From Patescibacteria group bacterium (GTDB lineage Bacteria > Patescibacteriota > Microgenomatia > 0-14-0-10-38-17): DNA of 63,475 nucleotides. A model generated the notes under the pieces. It did not search any database. It was not told where the DNA came from and was given only the letters and a program-made list of their open reading frames with translations. Location: the NCBI GenBank assembly GCA_050947035.1, contig JBMNVW010000005.1:1-63475 (forward strand). The letters run 5' to 3'. A program made the position numbers and the translations under genes. Of this stretch, positions 29,699-37,315 are shown piece after piece (positions within the stretch are counted from its first letter, which is position 1; each line of letters opens with the position of its first letter).

Positions 29699-29827
29699 CA
29701 TTAAGCTAGGTGAGAACCTAGTAAAAATTCTGATTAACAGAATAACAAAAGACAACCGTGCTGTTATTACACCAACCAACAAGGTAAGAAAGCGGTTCGT
29801 GTCGTCTTCGAATCCTAGCTCCCCAAC
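29699..29827 (+). repeat. tRNA-linked element, copy B (ends in a 21-nt duplicate of the tRNA-Gln 3' end)
   Basis: Hairpin CTAGG-TGAGAA-CCTAG mimics the Gln T-stem. Conserved blocks AAAATTCTGAT, GACAACCGTGCTGTT and AGCGGTTCGTGTCGTC follow. It ends with TTCGAATCCTAGCTCCCCAAC (29807-29827), a duplicate of the tRNA-Gln sequence from T-loop to 3' end. Confidence 0.75.
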
Positions 29828-29852
29828 TAAAAGGCAGGGGAGGCCAGAATTC

Positions 29853-30627
29853 CCACCTTCAAGGTGGTTTTTACCTTGAACCTTATTAGCAACCTTGCTA
29901 AACTAAAACTGTGCCGGGAAGAAAGATAGTTTTAGCTACAGATCAGGTTTACCATCTTTTTAATCGGGGTAATTCATCTCAACCCACTTTCTTGAATGCT
30001 TTTGATTATCGTCGTTTTTTAAAGACAATTAATTTTTACCGTTTCGCTCCTCATTCAGCTAAGCTTTTCCAATTTTTAGAGTTTTCAGAAAAAAGAAGAA
30101 AAGAATATTTTGATAACCTTAAGAAGAAGACAAAAGAATTAGTTTCCATCTTTTCTTTTTGTCTGATGCCCAATCACTATCATCTTTTAGTCAGACAAGA
30201 AGTAGAAAATGGTATTTCCAAGTTCATGTCTCAACTGCAAAACAGCTATACCAAATATTTCAATCTTAAAAGAAAAAAAGCCGGTTCTTTATTCCAGGGC
30301 CATTTTAAAGCGGTCAGAGCAGAGACAGATGAGCAATTAATCCACCTTTCAAGGTATATTCATCTTAACCCCTATTCTTCATATGTAGTAAAATTAATTA
30401 ATAATCTAGAGACTTATCCCTGGTCATCCTTACCTGATTATCTGGGAGAAAAAAAACATTTTTTTGTTAAAAAGAAACCGATTCTCGATTTATTCAAAAA
30501 CAAAAAAGACTACCAGAAATTTGTTTTTGATCAAGCAGACTATCAAAGAGAATTAGAAAAGATTAAACACTTAACTTGGGAGTGATAGAATTAACAAGGT
30601 GTAAAGAGTAAACCACCTTGAAGGTGG
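29853..30627 (+). mobile_element. IS200/RAYT-type unit: HUH Y1 transposase gene flanked by inverted REP-like hairpins
   Basis: CCACCTTCAAGGTGG (29853-29867) and CCACCTTGAAGGTGG (30613-30627) sit in inverted orientation around the single gene 29911-30585. Their flanks match as reverse complements (AAACCACCTTGAAGGTGG). Confidence 0.7.
29911..30585 (+). CDS. REP-associated tyrosine transposase (RAYT / IS200-like Y1 HUH transposase, COG1943-like)
   Basis: 224 aa with YHLFNRGN, the HUH motif in LMPNHYHLLV, GSLFQGHFK and the catalytic Tyr context SRYIHLNPY. GTG start. Confidence 0.8.
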   Translation: MPGRKIVLATDQVYHLFNRGNSSQPTFLNAFDYRRFLKTINFYRFAPHSAKLFQFLEFSEKRRKEYFDNLKKKTKELVSIFSFCLMPNHYHLLVRQEVENGISKFMSQLQNSYTKYFNLKRKKAGSLFQGHFKAVRAETDEQLIHLSRYIHLNPYSSYVVKLINNLETYPWSSLPDYLGEKKHFFVKKKPILDLFKNKKDYQKFVFDQADYQRELEKIKHLTWE

Positions 30628-30651
30628 TATCATACGATAACGGATCGTTGA

Positions 30652-31080
30652 TTGCTATTAATGTTCGGTCAAAAAGTGTGCTACTTGTTTTGCTGTCCAA
30701 TCTGGGTATCCCAGCTCAGTTGTCCAGTCAGTCCTTCGGAAAACATACCATCGTTCGAAAGAGATTGTCAGGAAATAAAAGAAGTTTTTGGGCGAGGTCA
30801 GGGCTTTGGCGAATGGAATAACCCTAAACTTAAAAGGGACAAACAGGCACTCGAAAAAGCTGGTTTCGAGATAATTTACGCCCAAGATTTTTTTTATAAC
30901 GAATTCTATCCAACATACGGAGACTTAGACTTATTCCTTCAAGGCGTGCCAATTTTCGAAGATTTTGATTCTGAGAGGGATAAAGAACCGCTTAAAACAT
31001 ATATAGAAAAGTTCAAAACCAACAAGGGTATCAAGTTCCCCCGACACAGAATTGTTATCGTGGCTAAAAAGAGAAGTTAA
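30652..31080 (+). CDS. Hypothetical protein; possibly the 3' remnant of a gene truncated next to the RAYT unit
   Basis: 142-aa ORF. Only the C-terminal ~90 aa look protein-like (EKAGFEIIYAQDF ... HRIVIVAKK, reminiscent of the C-terminus of class I methyltransferases). The N-terminus is Cys-rich nonsense-like and begins right after the REP hairpin. Confidence 0.3.
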   Translation: MLLMFGQKVCYLFCCPIWVSQLSCPVSPSENIPSFERDCQEIKEVFGRGQGFGEWNNPKLKRDKQALEKAGFEIIYAQDFFYNEFYPTYGDLDLFLQGVPIFEDFDSERDKEPLKTYIEKFKTNKGIKFPRHRIVIVAKKRS

Positions 31081-31081
31081 T

Positions 31082-31426
31082 CTATTCTTGGGGCTTACTT
31101 TTAGAAGATTCCAATTCTATTGCAAAAACTCCCAACTTTTCCTTAAATGGAGGATATAAACTTCTCAAAACCCTAAGAATTTCACCCTTTGGCATTCCTG
31201 GCACAATTCTCTCGGTCTCCTCATGCTCTAACATTTCAGAGAAAGCAAGATACCTTCTTACATCTTTAATCCCAACCTCATGCTCCTCATTCAGGAGAAG
31301 TCTCATGCCAGGCTTTAACTCTTGGATATTCCTATAACCAACCCGAACTTCAACCGTCTTCTTACCATCCAAAATTTCTTCAAGAAATTGTCTTTTTATC
31401 CAGAGTGTTTTTGGTCTTGTGTCCAT
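31082..31426 (-). CDS. ASCH (PUA-like) domain protein
   Basis: LWIKRQFLEEILDGKKTVEVRVGY ... GMRLLLNE matches the ASCH pattern. ATG at 31426 preferred over the TTG at 31444. Last gene of the operon. Confidence 0.6.
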   Translation of the reverse strand: MDTRPKTLWIKRQFLEEILDGKKTVEVRVGYRNIQELKPGMRLLLNEEHEVGIKDVRRYLAFSEMLEHEETERIVPGMPKGEILRVLRSLYPPFKEKLGVFAIELESSKSKPQE

Positions 31427-31440
31427 TTTTTGTTTCTTAT

Positions 31441-32106
31441 TCAAAAATTAGATGCTATAAATTCTATTAATTTACTTTTCACTTCGTCTGGGGAAATATC
31501 CGAGGTGTCAATGGAAAGTGATTTTTCAAAATTAGCGTCAATTATATCCATGAATAAAGGTCTTTCATCTAAATACGCTTGCATCCTCTTCCTGTAGTGC
31601 TCTGGCGTCTCTAGTCTGCCACTACTATCTCGTTGAGATATTCGCTGTAACGCTACCTCCTCTCTTACATCTAAATATAGAGCTAAATTTAGTCTTACGC
31701 CGTTTCTGCGTGCCCAAGCGACCAGGTCTTCTGCTTCGCTCTTTTGTCTAGGTAAACCATCCAAAATAAACCCAACATCTTTAACTTTAAGAATATGGGG
31801 TGCAACGACGCTTATTACAAAATCGGCTGACCAGGAATTATTGTGCCCAAATTGAGCCATAATTTGTCTTGACAGATCACTATCTGTTTGCAACTCCCTT
31901 CTGGTTATCTCACCAAGAGAAATATAATTGGGTTTTGGTTTGATACTGTTCACTAAAGTAGATTTCCCAGCTCCAGGGAGCCCCATCATTACAATATTAA
32001 TTTGACTTATCTTTGCTTCTGCTTCTTCAAATTTTAACCTCTCCATACAAGTGGACTCGGTCGGTTTTGCACCAACTTTTCTCCTTGCGGAGCGTTTTAA
32101 CTGCAT
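31441..32106 (-). CDS. Adenylate-kinase-family nucleoside monophosphate kinase
   Basis: P-loop MMGLPGAGKST, ISLGEITRRE, FILDGLPRQKSEAEDL, and an LID-less short-type region (ALQRISQR). ATG at 32106 lies 4 nt after the upstream stop, which is more plausible than the overlapping track start. Confidence 0.75.
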   Translation of the reverse strand: MQLKRSARRKVGAKPTESTCMERLKFEEAEAKISQINIVMMGLPGAGKSTLVNSIKPKPNYISLGEITRRELQTDSDLSRQIMAQFGHNNSWSADFVISVVAPHILKVKDVGFILDGLPRQKSEAEDLVAWARRNGVRLNLALYLDVREEVALQRISQRDSSGRLETPEHYRKRMQAYLDERPLFMDIIDANFEKSLSIDTSDISPDEVKSKLIEFIASNF

Positions 32107-32110
32107 ATAA

Positions 32111-32950
32111 CTACGAGCCCTTTTCTTTTTTAGGAAAAATGATTGGTAAGGGATCGGATTCAAATTTGTGTCCAGAATAAACTTGGGCACGCTCAAGCAT
32201 AGTAGGAGTATAAATCATAATTGAGTTGGGTAATAAATACCTAATTGTGTTACCAACTAAAGCCTCGCTTGAGGCTATAACTTCTGATCGTTCTTTGATT
32301 TGTTCATCAGTCCACCCAAACAAGTCATAAAACTTTTTACCCCTTTCAATTATTCTCTCAAGAGTTCTTTGCGAAATTGGCAACGGATCGATTTTAATTC
32401 CCTTATAACCAATGGTATCAAACAAAAAAGGAAAAAGCTCACTCAGCAATTCAAACTTCATATCTTTAGGAATATATTTTTTAAGGTTTTTGATGTTTAT
32501 TTTTAGGTCATCAGTCTCTGTAATCGTTTTTTCAGGTTGCTCCACTGCTACATCAAAGAATATGGCTCTAGAAGGTTTGCAACAAAATCCTAATTTCTCT
32601 GTCTTCTTAGTAATATCTTGCAACATTTTGATGCCCCAGCGTGAAGTGTTACCTACATCATCAATTCTAAACCCGTGAACGCCTTTGCCTTTTTTGTAAG
32701 AAGGGCAAAATAAAGCATAAAATTCGAGAGGGTTTTCCTTATTTGAATTGGCTAAAATTCTAGCTAATTTTTGAGTTACTAATTTTGGTCGCCATCCTAT
32801 TGTTTCGATTGATTGAAGATATGAAAACCAATCTAGAACCATTTTATTCTCGCCTATTTCTTCAACGACTATTCTGAGATCGTCATACTGCCATTTAGGT
32901 ATCTTTTGACCACCAAGGTAATTGTTAAGTAATTTATTTATCGAAATCAT
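32111..32950 (-). CDS. Hypothetical protein (279 aa), no family recognised
   Basis: Long ORF that overlaps the CYTH gene by 17 nt and ends 4 nt before the kinase start. I see no diagnostic motif. Its central position in the operon argues that it is real. Confidence 0.6.
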   Translation of the reverse strand: MISINKLLNNYLGGQKIPKWQYDDLRIVVEEIGENKMVLDWFSYLQSIETIGWRPKLVTQKLARILANSNKENPLEFYALFCPSYKKGKGVHGFRIDDVGNTSRWGIKMLQDITKKTEKLGFCCKPSRAIFFDVAVEQPEKTITETDDLKINIKNLKKYIPKDMKFELLSELFPFLFDTIGYKGIKIDPLPISQRTLERIIERGKKFYDLFGWTDEQIKERSEVIASSEALVGNTIRYLLPNSIMIYTPTMLERAQVYSGHKFESDPLPIIFPKKEKGS

Positions 32951-33515
32951 TGAATCTCATGTGAGGCTTAAACGGTAGACCTTTTTTCTTTCGCCACTCT
33001 TGAAAAAGGGTGTCAACAGGTTTAGTTAAGCCTTCCTTAATATCAAATCCAAACTCTTTTGCCAGCTTTTCTATAATTTCCTTTTTTCCCTCAATTTCAA
33101 TTATGTCAGCGTAAGGATATTCATCTAAAGTAACATGCGCCCCATCTATTTCCCATCCAGTCTGATAACGTTCGTAACTTGTGGTGGGTGTAAATTCCAT
33201 TGCTCCAAGGATTTTTTCTATCTCTCCTTTGGGATCCCGAAAAGATATCTCATATTCTATTTCTCTTTTGGCTCCATTTATGGGAGAGAGGGGTTTTTTA
33301 TAGGTAAGAGTTTTATCTCCTGTGTCTCCCAGAATTCTAACCCTGATTCTACCGTTGGTTGTTTGCATAATTCTACTAGGGTTATCAAACATAACGCTGC
33401 TTTGATATTGACGGGCTATTTTAGAAAAGGCTCTAGTATCTAAAACTCTAACCAGAGCTTCTCCGTCTTTAACCCAAAACTTATACTCTAATTCTATATT
33501 TTGTTTATTTTTCAT
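32934..33515 (-). CDS. CYTH-domain protein (triphosphate tunnel metalloenzyme / class IV adenylyl-cyclase-like)
   Basis: N-terminal ExExK signature (IELEYKF), RIRVR, LTYKKP, REIEYEI and LDEYPYADIIEIEG strands typical of the CYTH barrel. ATGA overlap with folE. Confidence 0.75.
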   Translation of the reverse strand: MKNKQNIELEYKFWVKDGEALVRVLDTRAFSKIARQYQSSVMFDNPSRIMQTTNGRIRVRILGDTGDKTLTYKKPLSPINGAKREIEYEISFRDPKGEIEKILGAMEFTPTTSYERYQTGWEIDGAHVTLDEYPYADIIEIEGKKEIIEKLAKEFGFDIKEGLTKPVDTLFQEWRKKKGLPFKPHMRFNDFDK

Positions 33516-34123
33516 AGGGGATGATTAAAATTAGTAGCCAAAGCTAAAAATTCATCTCTTGTTCGCTCATAATTTTTAAAATCCCCTTTGACAGCTGAGG
33601 TTTTGTTCACCGCTTCGCAGTGGACACCTCTCATCTTCATACAAAGGTGAACTCCAGATACCACAATTGCTAGCCCTTGTGGTTTAAGTCTTTTATAAAA
33701 CAAATCAACCGCTTCCTGAGTAAAATCTTCTTGATTCATTGGTCTTTTGGCAATGTGGCGTAGAATGCGAACAGTTTTAGAAAAACCGATTTGTTCACCT
33801 TTTTTGGGAATATAAGCAAAGGCAATGTCATAAATAACTGGTAACATGTGATGAGAACACAGAGAGTAAACCCTTATTGGGCTTTGGACTAACATTCCTT
33901 TATATTCGACTCTCCTGCCGTTGTGTTTGGGAAATAAAACTCTAAAATGTTTCTCTAATTCACTTTTTGATTCTTCTCGGAGCGAAGAGGTAAATTCAGC
34001 CAGCACCTCTACCATCCTCTTGGGAGTGCCTTCATAGTTAGGATCTTTAAGATCTAGACCAAGATTCAATAACAGCTCTTTAGCTGCCAACTCAGCTTTG
34101 GTTAGATTTAATGTTTTTCCCAT
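33512..34123 (-). CDS. folE: GTP cyclohydrolase I (FolE type)
   Basis: 203 aa with GTPKRMVEVL, CSHHMLPV (Cys/His zinc site; Ser replaces the usual Glu), GFSKTVRI, QEDFT and HLCMKMRGV. Confidence 0.85.
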   Translation of the reverse strand: MGKTLNLTKAELAAKELLLNLGLDLKDPNYEGTPKRMVEVLAEFTSSLREESKSELEKHFRVLFPKHNGRRVEYKGMLVQSPIRVYSLCSHHMLPVIYDIAFAYIPKKGEQIGFSKTVRILRHIAKRPMNQEDFTQEAVDLFYKRLKPQGLAIVVSGVHLCMKMRGVHCEAVNKTSAVKGDFKNYERTRDEFLALATNFNHPL

Positions 34124-34170
34124 TTTCGTTGTATAAAAACCCCCTTGTATTATAATGGTCTAAGTGAAAA

Positions 34171-34374
34171 TTATAGCACTACCACCCGCTCCTTACAACT
34201 ATAGGTGGTGCTTAATGCTAGTAGTTGATGAATATGCTTAAATGTGAGTTCTGGGAATTCCAGGATGTCTAACCAGTTAGCTGACCTAAAATCGTTCCAT
34301 TTGTCCAACAGATCGGGCAAACAAGGGCGTTTGGTTGTGGCGCAAGCCGAGACGCCCACCGTGGCCAGCGCCAA
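34171..34374 (-). CDS. Possible small leader ORF or decayed gene fragment upstream of folE
   Basis: 67-codon TTG-initiated ORF in a locally GC-richer stretch. A second overlapping frame (34269..34520) is also partly open. No family recognised. Confidence 0.2.
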   Translation of the reverse strand: MALATVGVSACATTKRPCLPDLLDKWNDFRSANWLDILEFPELTFKHIHQLLALSTTYSCKERVVVL

Positions 34375-34485
34375 GAATCCGTCATTTTGATATTTTGGGC
34401 GTACAATAAAAAGTAGAAACGCAAAATTTTATTTAAGTGATAATATTCATATATATTGAATATTAATAATTTAAAAAATGTAAAT

Positions 34486-34764
34486 ATGAGCAACAAGGTA
34501 GCCGTTAATAACCCAAGCACTAATAAAAAGGATTTAGTAGATTACATAGGTATTAATGGACTTTTTATTGTGGCTATCATCAGTTTCTTCTTTTTTGGTG
34601 GGAGTATCGTTGCAATGTTAGGTACCATTTGCGGGATAGCCGGACTTATATATCTCATTAAAAGGAGGAAAATATTGTCAAGTAGGGATAAATATAGTGG
34701 ATGGGGTTTATTTATACTTTGGATAATTGTTTGGATATTTGTCGCTAGTAAAGGAAATTATTAA
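34486..34764 (+). CDS. Small membrane protein (2 TM helices)
   Basis: ATG at 34486. Two hydrophobic helices flank RRKILSSRDKY. Very AT-rich. Confidence 0.45.
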   Translation: MSNKVAVNNPSTNKKDLVDYIGINGLFIVAIISFFFFGGSIVAMLGTICGIAGLIYLIKRRKILSSRDKYSGWGLFILWIIVWIFVASKGNY

Positions 34765-34777
34765 CCTAAATTAAGTT

Positions 34778-35116
34778 ATGAACTATATAATTCAAATCGC
34801 CGGAACTATATTATTTACCTGTTTATTTGCACTTTTTTTACTAAAGACAACGAAGAGAAAGCCGACGCGCATTACCCTTACAGGTTTCGCTACGCTATTG
34901 CACATTGTATTAGAATTTGGGGCAGAAAGAAGCTTGCCTTTATCAATTTTATCTGTGGCTGGTGGTATTCCTATATATTATTTTTCTTTAGTCGAATCAA
35001 ACGAATTTCTACAAAAATGTTATGAAACAAAAATCAGTAAATCTTTAAAAATATTTATAATCGGATGTTTTGTCTTTCTTATTTTATGGTTCGGACTTTT
35101 GACATTCGGAGGTTAG
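34778..35116 (+). CDS. Small membrane protein (3-4 TM helices)
   Basis: 112 aa, hydrophobic throughout, 13 nt after the preceding small membrane ORF. Confidence 0.45.
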   Translation: MNYIIQIAGTILFTCLFALFLLKTTKRKPTRITLTGFATLLHIVLEFGAERSLPLSILSVAGGIPIYYFSLVESNEFLQKCYETKISKSLKIFIIGCFVFLILWFGLLTFGG

Positions 35117-35200
35117 TTGCGAAAATATGCAAACTAGTAATCCGACACCAACGCATCGCAATAAACTAGAAAAAGGTGAAAAAAACTTGAAAAGGGAAAA

Positions 35201-35215
35201 CCACCTTGAAGGTGG
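35201..35215. repeat. Solo REP-like hairpin CCACCTTGAAGGTGG
   Basis: Identical to the hairpin at 30613-30627, including the AAA 5' flank, and in the same orientation. Confidence 0.7.
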
Positions 35216-35236
35216 TGTCCCTAGTATCAAAACCAC

Positions 35237-35461
35237 ATGACAAACCCAGAAAGCCCAAATTTAGATACCCTACAAATGGCTGATTTGCAAAAATTCTTAA
35301 CCGGACGCCCCAGAGAACAACTAGAAAAAGATCTCCAACAGTTGATCAACGATTCTCAGACCGATAAAGGACCATATCACTCGGGCGGTACTCCAGCCAA
35401 TGTCTCTAGGACCTATATTATTATCCAAGAAACCCTGGAACAATCGGCTAAGGAGAAATAA
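35237..35461 (+). CDS. Hypothetical small protein (possible antitoxin partner)
   Basis: 74 aa, hydrophilic. Its TAATG stop/start overlap with the next ORF suggests a two-gene module. Confidence 0.4.
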   Translation: MTNPESPNLDTLQMADLQKFLTGRPREQLEKDLQQLINDSQTDKGPYHSGGTPANVSRTYIIIQETLEQSAKEK

Positions 35462-35700
35462 TGGTGACCAAGATAATTTATACCAACCATGCCGTCAAAA
35501 GAATCCCTGACCAAGGCCTAGAGAAGTGGCAAGTCAAAAAAACCCTTAACAAACCCGATCTGATTCGCCCCTCAACCGCGCCAGGTTGTAAAAATTATGT
35601 CCGGGTCAACAACCACCTCGAAATTGGGGCAACCGTCAAAAAAACTGACGATGGTAATTGGTTGGTTATCTCCGCCTGGAAGAGAGAATTGACAAAATAA
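35461..35700 (+). CDS. DUF4258-like small protein (putative toxin)
   Basis: 79 aa. The IIYTNHAVKRI ... WLVISAW pattern resembles DUF4258. Confidence 0.45.
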   Translation: MVTKIIYTNHAVKRIPDQGLEKWQVKKTLNKPDLIRPSTAPGCKNYVRVNNHLEIGATVKKTDDGNWLVISAWKRELTK

Positions 35701-35706
35701 ACCCAT

Positions 35707-35735
35707 AAAAAAAGGGCCCAGTGGGGCCCTTTTTT
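35707..35735. terminator. Bidirectional rho-independent terminator
   Basis: AAAAAAA-GGGCCC-AGTG-GGGCCC-TTTTTT between convergent genes. Confidence 0.85.
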
Positions 35736-35759
35736 AGTTTGGACACTTGGCAAAAAAGA

Positions 35760-36188
35760 TTATTCGGTCAATCCTTTTCGACCACCTCTCATAGCACCCC
35801 GGTATTGAGACAGGGTTTGGCAATCAAGATCTTGCTCTTCCATCCAAGTTTTCATTTCCTCTCGATGGGCCTCTCGCTGGACCTCCCTCTCTTGCCACTT
35901 AGCCTCCAGGGCCTGCTTTTGCTCAGCAGAAATTGCTCCATCAGCTACCGCCTGCTCCAAATCCGCTTCCGGCTTTTGGCCGCCGCGTCTGAATCCACCA
36001 TCTTGGCGAAACTGATTAACTTCTTCTTCTACCTGAGCCTGTTCCAAGCCAAACCGCTGGGCTAATCTTTCCACCAGGCTAACCGGCTCTTCTTGAGCGG
36101 CTACATTCTGAGTCGCCAAAAAAGCGCCTCCGGCTATAATAGCTGTTAACAAAACCGCTGTTAATATTTTTTTCATTTTTTTCTTCAC
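35760..36188 (-). CDS. Secreted helical protein (envelope-stress/Spy-like character), first gene downstream of the two-component system
   Basis: Signal peptide MKKKMKKILTAVLLTAIIAGGAFLA, followed by a charged helical repeat (EQAQVEEEVNQFRQ, AEQKQALEAKWQERE). Confidence 0.55.
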   Translation of the reverse strand: MKKKMKKILTAVLLTAIIAGGAFLATQNVAAQEEPVSLVERLAQRFGLEQAQVEEEVNQFRQDGGFRRGGQKPEADLEQAVADGAISAEQKQALEAKWQEREVQREAHREEMKTWMEEQDLDCQTLSQYRGAMRGGRKGLTE

Positions 36189-36254
36189 CTCCTTTATCTT
36201 TCTAGAATATATTCATATTAGAAAACTAACCTGAGGAAAAGCTTAAAGAGGGGC

Positions 36255-37307
36255 TTAGCTTTTTTGGGGAAGGGTGATAGTAAAAGTGGTTCCCTTGCCA
36301 ACCTGGCTTTTAACCTCAATTTTGCCCTGATGAAGGCTAATAATTTCTTTAGCTAAGGCTAAACCCAAACCATAGCCCTCTTGGGTTTCTTTTTGCCGCG
36401 CCTGGTCGGCCCGCCAAAAACGCTCAAAAATATGGGGTAAATCTTTTGGGGCAACACCAACGCCATTATCTTTTACCAAAATCTGCCAATTGTTACCCGT
36501 CTTTTTTGTTGTCACCAAAACTTCGCCCCCAACCGGAGTATATTTAACCGCATTATCCAACAAAATCAACAACACTTCCTCTAAAGCGGGCCGATCAGCC
36601 TTAATTTTCCCAGGAATAAGCTTAAGTTTTAGGCTAATTTTTTTCTTCTTGGCCAAAGGGGCGACCTTTTTATCAACCGATTTAATTAATTCTTTTAAAG
36701 AAAAGCCGATTTTTGCTATAGTTTGGCCATTTTCCTGATAGCGGGTTAATGATAATAGCCTATTAACTAAAGAAGACAAATTATCAACCTCCTTCAAGTT
36801 GTCCTCAAGGGCTTTTTTGGCCTCCAAGGCGGTTAAATTTTTATCCCGCAAAACCACTTCGGTGGCCGTTTTTAGAGCCGTTAGCGGAGTGCGTAGTTCA
36901 TGAGAAGCGTCGGCCACGAAACGTTTTTGTCTTGTCATCGCCTTTTCAATTGGCGCTAGGGTTTTGCCGGCTAAAAAATAACCCAAACCGGCCGAAGCCG
37001 ACAAGACTGCCAAATCAATAAAAATAATTCTTTTTAAAATATTTTGCCGCGCCTCTTTTAAACTCTGATCAAAATAGGCAACAACCTCTTTCCTGGTTTC
37101 CACCGGCAAATCAAGAAAGGCTTTTCCGGGGGATAGGGGAGTGTCGGGATTTTTTATTTTCATCATCATTCCCGCTCCGGCCTGATGAAAACCTCGCTCC
37201 AAAACTTGAGAAAGGGAAAAATAGATAATGCCACTAAAAAATATCACCACTAATGTCATAACCAATAAATACCAACCGGCTAATTTTATTCTCGCTGACT
37301 GAAACAT
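36255..37307 (-). CDS. Sensor histidine kinase
   Basis: Two TM helices, H-box SHELRTPL, N-box LLDNAVKYTP, G1 DNGVGV and G2 GYGLGLA. Confidence 0.9.
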   Translation of the reverse strand: MFQSARIKLAGWYLLVMTLVVIFFSGIIYFSLSQVLERGFHQAGAGMMMKIKNPDTPLSPGKAFLDLPVETRKEVVAYFDQSLKEARQNILKRIIFIDLAVLSASAGLGYFLAGKTLAPIEKAMTRQKRFVADASHELRTPLTALKTATEVVLRDKNLTALEAKKALEDNLKEVDNLSSLVNRLLSLTRYQENGQTIAKIGFSLKELIKSVDKKVAPLAKKKKISLKLKLIPGKIKADRPALEEVLLILLDNAVKYTPVGGEVLVTTKKTGNNWQILVKDNGVGVAPKDLPHIFERFWRADQARQKETQEGYGLGLALAKEIISLHQGKIEVKSQVGKGTTFTITLPQKS

Positions 37308-37315
37308 AAGTTTTT

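Noticed and set aside
30618-30885. Track ORFs 30618..30821(+) and 30658..30885(-)
   Set aside because: They overlap each other and ORF 30652..31080 right next to the REP hairpin. They have no protein-like features and probably lie in a truncated gene remnant.
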